A stretch of 64,000 nt of DNA, taken from Amphiscolops sp. MND2022. Taxonomy: Eukaryota. Below, piece by piece: positions 36,611 through 47,329 of the stretch (position 1 is the first letter of the stretch; the number at the start of each line of letters is the position of its first letter). Location: the NCBI GenBank assembly GCA_964187785.1, contig OZ076413.1:45138001-45202000 (forward strand). The letters are read 5' to 3'. Made by a program: the position numbers and the translations under genes. A model generated the notes under the pieces. That model ran no database searches, was not told where the DNA came from, and saw nothing but the letters and a program-made list of their open reading frames with translations.

Positions 36611-39565
36611 GAAATGTAATATTTTGGCTTCTAGTGCGTGTGAAGCTTCCGCGATGTGGCCGACAACAACAACAAAAATTTTTTTTTTGATTTTTGGCTT
36701 TTCTCTACTTCCACTTCCTTCCCCCCGCCAAACAAGTGGTATGTGATGGAATGGGGAGAGTTTGCTTTGGCTAAATAACTCAACAAGCTACTATCTAAAC
36801 TGCATTGACTAACTGACTAACTAGGCTATTTGGCGCGCTTTGTCACTCGTCTTTCGTGTATTGGGGTACAGACTCGCTAAATGGGCTTGAATCGCTTCTT
36901 ACACTTGTGGAGTACACTAGACACACTATCGCTGGTTTGGTTAACTAAAATTTCATCTGCTTTTTCCTCAGTTAGAAGGTTCGACTTTCTTTAACAACAA
37001 AATTTTTTTTTTTTTTGAGGAGGTTGGGAACAATGGGTGGGCTGGTTCGGGGATAATGGGTGGACAATGGACTGGAAGTGATCTGGGGTTTGATTGGGAA
37101 CGTGTGGGTTGAGTATCGAGTGATGATCTGGTCTATGGCTTTATGGCTCGTGGGTGAAAGGGTTACGACGATATGGATGATCTTCTCTATCCTTGTTCTA
37201 GTTTCTCTACGCGTTCCGCAAACCTGGTCTGTGATTGTTTTGATGTTCCCAGGCACACTCTCGCACCCTCAGGGTATGCGAGGCGCAGAGTCGGGGTGGT
37301 TATGGCGAGCAAATTGCACCTAGGCGACCTTGGCGGCGGGTAAGAAACGAACTTCGATTTTTGGAGTTACCGTCTTTTGGTCTCGTAGAGCGTTTAGTGG
37401 AAGGTCGTTGATTTTGGGGCTAACCCTATACGGATTTTATAAGTTCGGTGAGGCGCGTAGGATTTCCCCGATACGCTAAATAGGTCGTTTCGGCCCTGAA
37501 TGGGGTGTATCAGGATCAGAAATGCATGGGTTTTCAGTTAAAATTCGCTCAAGATATTGTTTTTCTCATCAAGTAGCACCTCCGGGGAAGGTGAAAATCA
37601 CTTCTAGTGGTGCTAGCGACCTGAAAATTTCACACCGTCTAGTACACCGGCTGAATCGTGGGGAACAAGCTTCCGATTGCGCTAAAATTGATTCTGTGGG
37701 TGTCACGGCCACTTGACAATATTCACTGAAAAATTGGCTATGTCGCGAAATTCACAAAAAGTGGTCAAACTCGCCTCCTAGGCGTCCTAGCTACCTGAAA
37801 TTTTGCATGCGAGCGTACTTTATGCCTACACGACGGAAAATTTTAGCGGCGAGGTGCCCGGATCTGTACTTGGCGATATGAAGTGACAAAACCTTAATGT
37901 ACCAGAGGTACCACTTTTTCGGGTCAAAAATCACAAAAATGTCAATTTCTCAGCTTTGGCTAGTATCCGGCTGCTCAAAGTGCACAAATCGTCGTGATCT
38001 AGTGCCGTGCGCACGAAAATGCAAGAATTTTAGTGCTGGGATACCTGTGAGGTATTGCACTATGCTCAACTAAAATTCAATTTTTTTCGACATTTTCGGA
38101 TCATTTTTGAGCAAAACTGCGGCTAAGATTTCTCGATCACTAGTAACAGTAGCGCTACGAAAGTTACACCACTAACGTAACTTTTTGCGGTCTACACGAT
38201 AGTGCAATCCGTTTTGGGCTACTCCCGCTAGGAGAGATTTCGACCTTTCTTTGAAACACTATTCCACTGTTCCGATAATGTCGCAAAAATAGCACGTTTT
38301 GGGTTACTTCTCAACAACCACTGGTTGGAATCACTCGCGGTTTTCGGCGTTAGTAATCTAGTACTCTCTACTAACAGAAAATAGGCGAGTGAAACCTGGC
38401 AAGTTCCAAATAAGGTCCCTCAGAATTGATTTCAAGTTACACCTTGGACACTCTGGGAACACCTATGAAAAACACGTATTTTCCTTTGGAACTTTTTATT
38501 CTTCGGTTCCCAGAGGTTCGAGATGGTTTTAACAGTATAGTAGGAAGGTGTAACTACTTTATTTAGGGGAGTGGGATTCTTTCAATTATTACTTTTGATG
38601 TTATAGCTCTCAGGTCTATGGGGTCCTTTACTAAGGTCTATTTTAATAGAAGAAAAGTGATGTTAAAACTTCAATTTATATTGGGGGCAGTCAAAAACTG
38701 TCTTGGTAGTAGTATTGCGTACTACCAAGCACAACAACAAAATTTTTGGGCCTTTCAAGAGGCTTGGGAACAAACGCCCAAGGCTTTGCCCTTGTCAAAA
38801 TTGGTCAAAATGGCCAATTTTGCCTATTTTTGAACAAAAATTGCTGAGATTTTCATGTTTTCTAGAAAAACAGCCCAACAAAATTTTTGTTCTCGACCTG
38901 GTAGGTCCGACAGAACGTTTTTCAGGTATTCCCACAGGCCGTAAACAATTTTATAAAATTTTGGCTTTTAAAACGGGAAAATTCGATATTTGAGCTGTTA
39001 TTAGTGTTATTTTTGGCGTTTTCGAGCTCAAGTTCCTAAAATAACTGATGCAAATACCCTGTGGGTATTTTTCACAGTTAATTTGTGCAAAAACAGACCT
39101 GGGAATACTAATCTGGGGCTAGAAAACGTAAAGGGAACGAAATAACCCAGCTGTCTTCGGTAAATCGGCACCAGGTGGGGAGGAAGAGGCTATGACGTGA
39201 AGCACCTGCAGTCCTGCACTCAGCTAGCTCGGGTCTTCACAAACCGTCCTCGCAGTCCCTGTACATTGCTAATTAGCTGAAAAGAAGCTGGAAAACCCGT
39301 CAAAACACGTTCCGGATAAGCCGGAATAGCTTTTTCAATAAGCACTGATAAGGTATAAGGGGGTACACCGTCTCAAACTGTCTTTTTCAGGCTTGGGACC
39401 TCGGAAACATGCAGGAAACGCAGGAAAAACACTAATACAAGGCACAAAGGGCTAGAATAAAGCAGTAAAAACAATCTAGGACTCTCCCAAAAGTTTCTCC
39501 TAGATCCGGACCTTTCAGGGCCGGAAAGCAGGAGTTGCTCCTCGCAGGACGCGGTAAGGAAAAAT

Positions 39566-39583
39566 ATCCCTCTGTGGTCGCCA
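39566..39583 (-). promoter_or_regulatory. Primer-binding site of element 1 (probably tRNA-Arg)
   Basis: TGGCGACCACAGAGGGAT, complementary to a tRNA ending GGTCG-CCA; identical to element 2 PBS; 16 nt from the LTR. Confidence 0.85.
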
Positions 39584-39599
39584 TAAAAACTATTCCAGA

Positions 39600-40314
39600 T
39601 GTAACGTCCGGCTAGCGGCGCACATCTAGGAAGAGGGACAATGCCTAGGATGCTTAAACAGGAGACCGTTGTCTTACTACATACCTAGACACTAGTTTTT
39701 GATCCCAAAATGGTCTCCAAGGGGGAATTTTCTAACGTCTAAGGAGGCTCCTCTAATTAGAGCTCCGAGGCGACGTGCCGGCACTCTCAAAGTCCGGACA
39801 CGCCCCACAAGCCTGTAAAAACGTATCCTAAGGTTTTTAGCGCATTCCTGCCATCTCCTACATACTTCCGAGGTCCAAAAAGGTGTTTATCCGAAAAATG
39901 TCATTTCGACAGTTATGGGCATGAAATGCTGACCTAGAAGGTCAGGCATGGGGAAAATAACAAAATGCATTATAAATTAACAAAACAAAGGGGGATAAGC
40001 CCCAAATGGAAATACAGTTACTGTTCGTAGATTTTCGGGGATCCAGTCATGTCGTTCTAGAATGGCTCTGCTTTCTCAGGGATGACGTAGCACCGGGTAG
40101 CGTTCGTCGTATTCTGTCCCGTGTGGATCTTCATGTCATCAGTCGTCTACTTCTTTTCTTTATCATCTCCTGTCGTTCTTCTTGTTTTTTACGTTCTCTC
40201 TTTTCATTTTATGGGCTTCAAGGACCTGCCAGGTCGGCCATTTTGATTCGCACATTTTTTTGTTCTTGATCGAATTTTTCATCGAAAATTTGGTGTTGAC
40301 TGGTGGACGTTACA
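39600..40314 (-). repeat. Element 1 5' LTR
   Basis: 715-bp direct repeat of 21219-21933. Confidence 0.97.
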
Positions 40315-41140
40315 TCAGTGCAAGGTTTTTCCACCCATGTAGTCCAACAATCGGTCTTTAAAGAACCTAAATGAATCATTGGTGGGCCTGTAGTTTCGTA
40401 TTTGAAAAATGTTGTGTCACCTTCAACGTTCTAGCAAAGAAAAAGGAGCAACGAGATTTCACACCTGATTCAAACAACATAAAAGATAAAGCAAACAACA
40501 GCGATAAAGCATCCCAACTAGTAGGAACACGAGCTTCAGGGAATTGCTAGGTTGACTTAGGTTTAAGCAAGTCGGACTGGAGCAATCAAAAACTGAAGAG
40601 TCTGATTTTTGACAAATTTGTTATTTTTCAACCAAAATCACTCTAAAATAAGAATTGGGTTTTGAGACTTTCTCTAATATAAGACTTTCTCGGGTTATTT
40701 CCAAGTGAGTAAGTAGTTATCAAGTAAGTTTCTCTAGTTCACTGAAATGCTCCTTGAAGTTTTAAATCTATATATTTGACAAGAAACAAAAAATGAATTT
40801 TTGAGAAATGATGTTTTGTTCAAGCTTTCAAACTTTCACATTCTGTGTGGGGAATGAAAGTTAGGGAGATGATAAACGAAGCACGCTTCTTTCTTGAAAG
40901 GGTACAGTCTGTAAATTGTTAGCTAATAATGTAAATCCCTGAAATTTTGTCATTTCATGTAGTTGACTGTTTTCAGGCAGTTATTTTGTTTATACGAAAT
41001 AAAATCTTCAAAAGTGCTGAAACCCAAACTACCCAAACTGAATGTAACATCAATTTCGCTCGAATTAATGTTTTCTTTGAATTTCGCTATAAAACACAAG
41101 AAAATATAACTTTTTTAGATGTATGGTTTTCATTTGAATG

Positions 41141-41423
41141 TCAGCTTTCGTTCCAAATGCTTTGAAAATCGGGAAAATGGGCGAAGCCAGTGACGACAGC
41201 ATCATTTGCACGCTTTGCTATTTTTATATACCCTTTCTCTCCCCAATTGACACCCCAGCTGTTCTTGATTAGCCAGTAGTTCCCATAATCTTTATCAGTT
41301 CCATATCCTACGATAAGAGCTGAGAAATCTTTCCCCCTGTGCTTCCGCAACTCATTGAAAACTCCAGAGTGGAAAAATTGCAGTTTGTTGCTAGCAGGCA
41401 TTTGAATTGAAACTGGACCCACG
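41141..41423 (-). CDS. Cathepsin L-like gene 2, exon 3 distal part; inactive homolog
   Basis: VGPVSIQMPAS, GKDFSALIVGYG (His->Phe), YWLIKNSWGVNWGEKGY; preceded by CCTACAG. Confidence 0.88.
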
Positions 41424-42884
41424 CTGTAGGCATTGAGGGATTATCGAAATTCAAATAATAAAAACTTCTCTTTAAACTAAACAAATATAATCAGACTACA
41501 AAAAATGTATGTGTTGTCTTGTAATTCCCATAAACTATATCATTATCATCAGCTAACAAGGAAATTTCAATTGTTGAGTGATGAATAAGTATTTCATTTT
41601 TTACAGATATTATTGATGTCGATCAACTGAATGTTCTCCTATTCTGTTTCTGCTGGTAGTCGCGATGCATTGTAATTTACTTGTGGATTTTTGATGAAAA
41701 CTTTAGATGTGACGTCAACCAGCTTGGTGACCAAAAAGTCGTTCAAAACCTGTCACGTAGAAATGAGCTATAGCTATATATGCAGCGTGTCCTTGCAACT
41801 TGGCAGTTGCTGTGGTATGGTACCCAAAATCAGTACGAAATTCGCAAAAAGTAAACACTACCACTGAATACTACCCGAACCATACCACAGAACCCCGAAT
41901 ACACCCCGATCCACCCAAAATTTGTAAAAATGAATAAATTAGTCGATTTTAGCCAGACAATCGTTTACTATGGCTTGTTTTATAGAGTATATGGATTACT
42001 CCGCAGATTCAGGTCTCATTGGGGCTTTGACTTGTTGTGTTTGCTGGAAGAATTAGAGAGAAGACGGCAAATGTTGTATTTTTGTAGTATTTTCAGGTGT
42101 TTTGAAAATGTACGATCTTGCAGTCGTCATTCTTACCTATTTTGTCTAATGTAATTAGCTTTATTCCAAGTGTCAGAACTCCGAAGTTTATTGGAACACT
42201 CTGGAAGCCTAGGGAATCTCAGGAAACTCAGCAACCTCTGGTACGTGCTCGGGGCACGTCGCATCGGTGCTCTAAAATGAGGAGCCTACTCGACACATAG
42301 AAAGTCACCGCAGGAGACAATTTTTGGGTTCAACCTGATACTTAGGATTCTGTATGACCAGTGTCTTTTGTCTAGGCAACCTACCAACTCCAGATCGTAC
42401 ACCCTTTGCTGGGCGTTACCGGACAAAAGACGTGGTTAAAACATAAAAGGGCATCAGCGTCCACCTAAAAGCAAGACACATTTAGGTGCAGCGCAACGAA
42501 CACCAATGAAATATTTAACATTCAATGGGTGATTTGTGATGGAATTAATGATGCGTAAGATCGATTATCCGTAAGGATGGTTTTCAAAAACACATGTATT
42601 CGCTTTCAAAATCCAGACAAAACCATCGCAAACGCTGATAATGCGTCAATAAAAGTAATTTCTGGTCTTTCTCGTTATATTTCGGAAATAGAAGTAAAAA
42701 TCACAACAAAAATTCCCTAAAAACAACAATGTACACTTGAAACCGCAATGCAAGACATCATTGTCCTTTATGGGAAAATGAAATGGCTCCTTTATTGGTA
42801 ATGAATGGATTCGTGATATTGGCAATCACTTTTAAAATGGCCTAATAGGCTTTTTTTCTAATTTTAATTTTTTTGCAATAATCC
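41424..42884. mobile_element. 1461-bp insertion in gene 2 exon 3 with CTGT direct repeat and short inverted ends; possible GG-AG intron
   Basis: CTGT at 41424-41427 and 42885-42888; AGGGATTAT (41436-41444) and ATAATCCCT (42878-42886); absent at the equivalent position of gene 1. Confidence 0.7.
41708..42420 (+). mobile_element. Diverged solo LTR related to element 1 LTR, opposite orientation
   Basis: 713 bp TGTGACG...CGTTACC; reverse complement aligns to LTR1 blocks CCCAAAA..GTCTCC..GACTTT..AGGCTCCTC..TAGAGC.CCGA.GCGACGTGCC; flanks AGA/GGA. Confidence 0.75.
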
Positions 42885-43131
42885 CTGTCCAAGACAGCCT
42901 CCAGAGCTCGTGTATCTCCCGGTTGAACGTGTCTAAGCTGAGGAAATTTGATTAAAGCCTTCTTCCCCGCAGATCGGCATTCCCCTCTGTTCGTTTCAAA
43001 GGGATAATCTTTCCCGGAAATAGCTCCCTCATTGGACAAGAATGCCATGCTTTTTGAGAAAGATATTCTATTGGGGTTTCGAGACCTTTCACAATCGATT
43101 ACATGCTGTTCACTGAGGGATATGAGTTGAT
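42885..43131 (-). CDS. Cathepsin L-like gene 2, exon 3 proximal part
   Basis: Acceptor TTTTTCAG in phase 1 as in gene 1; QLISLSEQHVIDC, DYPF, GECRS, VQPGDTRALEAVL. Confidence 0.88.
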
Positions 43132-43739
43132 CTGAAAAACGAAATCAGTTTGGAAATTTGAACGTAGTATGAATTCAAGAAATGATTTTTGAAAAATTTA
43201 AATTGTTTAAATTGGCGAGTGCTTCTCCTTAAGAAATCGGAAAAAATCTGTTTGTCTCGAATTCTTTTTAAATTTTACTTTCTGGCATTCCTTACATCGT
43301 GGAGACCAACGGCACGTCTCATGAGTGATTTAACAGCTTTAGCAGACTTTAAATAATTTTTTGACCAATCAAATGCTAATTTCATGTTATTTTCAAAAGT
43401 TTCTAAACATCACGTTTTTGCGACGCTACTTCGTTCGAACGTAGGAAATATTTGTGATTAAAATGTGTTTTTCCACGTTCTTAAACGCGTAAAACTGAAC
43501 CTTTGCTATCGGAGTTTTGTTTTCTTTAAAAATGCGATAAAACACGTTGAAGATTTTACAGATTAATGGCAATACTTGAAATACGTAAGAGAAATCTCTC
43601 AGCTAACATAGAAAGCTCGCACGGAGAAAAGTTCTGAACGGACTGAATGGATTTTTTTTTCGTGCTTCCTTATATACCAATGCCCAAATTGATTTTCAAA
43701 AGTTTTTTGAACGTTTGTACCCACGAACTTCAGTATTGG

Positions 43740-44612
43740 TACCCCGGGTTGACCTTCTTACTAGCATCTTGGCTGTCTTGGCAAGATCTTATCAAACTCT
43801 TACATCTTGGCGACCATGAAACCCATGGCAAGATCTTACTAAGATGATACATTATTCAAAGATCGTATCTTGTCACGATGGAAAAAGTTCTAAGATTGTA
43901 AAAAAACACTATACCTTCGGTACAAGCAGCCGAGACTCAATCTAAAGGCTCATTTCACCCAACAACGACTATTTCTACTCGTTTTCACAATCAAAATGAT
44001 TCAACCCGCTGAAATAAATTTGCGTGCAAAAATGTGCGAAAAATTACGATAACGTATTCTGGCTTCCGAAATTCTGACGAGAATCCTAATAACTCCTCGC
44101 TTGTTTACGACTGAGAAACGCTCATTTCAAGGATTTTTGAAAACCTGTAACTTGTCACACCTGACGATTCCAGAGACGGAAAAAATGGTCTCAAACGTCC
44201 AAAGCCACTATCGGAAAGTTACACAGGGCAAATTAAGAAATCCGGAAATTTTTTGTTAACTTTTATTTCCGCCTTTCGTTGAGCCTGTTTCAGCAGCCTT
44301 ATTACTGCTGGAAATGGTGGTAATTGTCCCGGTTTGGCAATGATTCAGCTCGAGGCTTTTCTGACGCCGTTTTTGGTGACGGTTTTGCAATTGATAGAAC
44401 AAAGAAATCAGTGCATCCCTAAATAAACAGTATAAAGACTCTTCAATCAAATTTTACACCTTGCTAACAGAAATTTTAATGTTACCCCATATAAATCTGC
44501 AAAATGTTGGTTTTTGTTGACTTCCTTTCAGATTTTTTTCCGGCCAAATAGGATTTTGCATTAAACTTGCCAAGATCTTCCTAATATATCCATGGAGGGT
44601 CGACCATGGAGG
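43740..44612. mobile_element. MITE-like element with imperfect terminal inverted repeats
   Basis: Left GGTTGACCTTC...TCTTGGCAAG versus reverse complement of right GGTCGACCCTC...TCTTGGCAAG; CAAGATCTT subrepeats. Confidence 0.4.
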
Positions 44613-44819
44613 GACATTTATCAATGTAAAATCCCATTTCATGCAGAGGCAAGTTCTTTAGCTTTTATGAATTTTTTTAGCTCGAATGAGGTTGCCCTTA
44701 TTTTTAGACGGCGCATTTTAAAAAAATGAACCCGACACAATTACAGTGACGTTTTTTTTTCTTTTTTCGTCAGATAACAGAATGTATGCGTAGTGGACAC
44801 TTTTTACAGTACTACTAAA

Positions 44820-45592
44820 TGTAACGGCAAGCTCTGGGACAGCAATATCAACCGATTTTGCAACTTTGACATGTTCAGAAATTTTGTCAAAAATTCTAAT
44901 CCGATGTGTGACGTGGCACTGAGCATGTGATTGCTCTTTTCGCTGTTTCCACGAAATTGGCAGGTACTTCGACAACAAAGAGCAAGAACGAGCAAAAACA
45001 CGGGCGCGCCGCCATGACAGAAGCCACAGACGGCAAGAACATCCGAAAATAGACTCTTTTTGAGGTGCTAACACCGGTTTTATCGATTTTCAGCATTATG
45101 CTACCCTATGTAGCGGAAACCGTAAAAATGAGTCTTTTCGCCTAAAGATCCTTGTTTGGTGCTTGGAGCCCCTGCGCCCCAGCTTTTTAGCTGTGTGGTT
45201 TGCCATATTCGTGCCTGTTTTCATGTATTTTCAGTGATTTTGGCTGTATTCAGTAGCGTTAGCGCTAGTTTAGATCTTATTCCCCAGTTTTAGATCTTAT
45301 TCATATGTCACCCTGGAACTGGAAATTTACCTTATTCTTGGCATTGTTTTTATATGCTAGTTAAGCGGTGGTCTTTAGAGAGCCAGAAAGATGCCCGTTA
45401 CTATTAGCAATCAAAGACTAGGACCAGTTGGACAGTATTCGTCGAAGCACCCACGGCCCCGGGACGTATTTCACCCCTGGAGGCAAAATGGATCTGTGGC
45501 GATGGGCGCATGTCCCGAGCGATTCACCCATTCCTGCAGGTTCCTCCACCTCTGTTAACGCGTTAAGCGACCGATAACTGCTTGCCGTTACA
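44820..45592 (+). repeat. Element 2 5' LTR
   Basis: About 7 substitutions versus 59101-59873; 13-bp terminal inverted repeat TGTAACGGCAAGC. Confidence 0.97.
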
Positions 45593-45607
45593 TGAGACCT
45601 CATTTTT

Positions 45608-45625
45608 TGGCGACCACAGAGGGAT
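45608..45625 (+). promoter_or_regulatory. Primer-binding site of element 2 (probably tRNA-Arg)
   Basis: TGGCGACCACAGAGGGAT, 15 nt after the LTR end. Confidence 0.85.
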
Positions 45626-47329
45626 CGCTTCCGATTACTGCCCTATTATATGGTTTTGAAATTTCCGACCCCCTGGTGTTTGACGCCAAGAACGATTGGA
45701 CTCTGGAAGGAGACGTTTACCCAGAGTTTTTCCAAATTTTTTAGATGATATGACATTATATTTTGGTATTTTTCCTGTATTTCGGGGGATTTTTCCGAGT
45801 ACCTTTGGTATGTTTTGATAACAGGTATTTGTTGACAGGTATCGTCTAAAATTGCACGTTCCCATCAGCGGGTACCTTTGTAATGGCTTAGCGAACCGCT
45901 AGAAAGCCGTCACGCATGTTGTAACAGGTGTTTTACAGCTCATTTCAGCGTTTTTGGCTATGTACGAGGTATTCAGTTGATGGATGCGCCATGTTCCATC
46001 TGACCGATAGATGAGCTGAAACGAGTGTTCCCGACTCTCCTTTCCCATTTCCCGTGGAGACGTGCTAGAAGCATGGTTTTTGGTGGAAAGCTAGAACAAA
46101 CACTGACGTTCCCGACGGTCCAAACTGTTTCTCTTTGGCTGGTCTGGTTGTTGAGAAAAAAGACAGCGAAGGTACCACCACTCATTCCGCTAGAATCGGT
46201 TTTTTGGAGTATGGTATGGAAAATTTTTTAGATTGTGTAATTTTTGACGGGGAATCCTTTGTGCGTGCTAGTTTTACCCTGTTGCAACTAAGTGGGTGCT
46301 TTTGCACCTGTTTTCAGTGAAAAAAGTGCGATTTTTAGTGCAAAAGTCGCAAAAACGTGATTTTTGGCATTTTTGAGTACTTTTCTTGGTACGAGCGCGA
46401 GCGCTCGAATTATTAGCCACAGCAGTTGCAAAAATGAATAGAAAGCAGCCCAAAACCCTAAGGGTTATGCTACGTAATGTAACGACAACCAGAAAGGCCG
46501 TTGGAGACCTTTTTGAGACACATTTTGCATGAAAAAACCCGGTTTTTGGCGAAATTGGCAAAAAACCACTACGAAATGCCACTGGGAGAGTGCTGGATTG
46601 TGATGTAATTGCCTCTTCCGTGCTGCTATTAGTTTGGGGCACACTCCACAGTACCGAAAATAGGATTTAAGAGAGTTTGTAACGTTTTCTTGGTGAGAAC
46701 AGGTCGAAAAACCTTGATTTTTGGCCAGTTTCAGGAGTGCCAGAGTGCATCATTAAAACCTCTGGGGCACTCAGTGTTTTCGAGACCTGGGAGCCCGCGC
46801 GCTCTCATTTTCTGTTTTTATAGTAAAAATAACGCGTGGTGGTGAAATTCGCGTGTAAAAACTCCCATTCAGTGCTGAGAAAAGTGGAAAAACGCACTGA
46901 ATTTGATCAATTTTCCACAAAACCGGACTGTCTCTGAGCTAGGGTCGGGTCATCGATTCCTGAACCCTAGCCAAAAAGTGGTTGCATTTTCGTAACCACA
47001 ACAAAAAAATTAACGTTAGTGCCGAAAATTTGGTGAGCGTATCGGTCACCAAAGTCGAGAAAAGCTCTCTGACGTTTCGACTTCAGAGAAGCGTCAGAGG
47101 ACCGAAAAAATCCAAAACTGCAGGACTGTCAGTGCCTTATACCCAACGGGCACAACCAATTGAGGGTTTATCCCAGTGCTACGGATAGTGGGGCAACTCG
47201 TTGGTCCCATTTTGCCCGCCGTATCACTTTCTGAGGTGATCCTCTTGGTCAATTTGTGAAAAAAGTTGTCAAAAACAGTGTTTTTTCGTGTACAACCTAC
47301 ATAGTGGGTCGAAACCTCAAATAAGCGCT

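Larger units (their letters stand above)
21219..40314 (-). mobile_element. Full-length Ty3/Gypsy LTR retrotransposon, element 1 (19,096 bp)
   Basis: Two 715-bp LTRs TGTAAC...GTTACA, PBS, PPT, gag-PR-RT-RH-IN order plus ORF3; flanked by TCA/TCA. Confidence 0.97.

Noticed and set aside
26969..36746. Many plus-strand ORFs opposite element 1 gag-pol (and minus-strand ORFs at 49999-57020)
   Set aside because: Antisense shadows of long GC-richer coding frames
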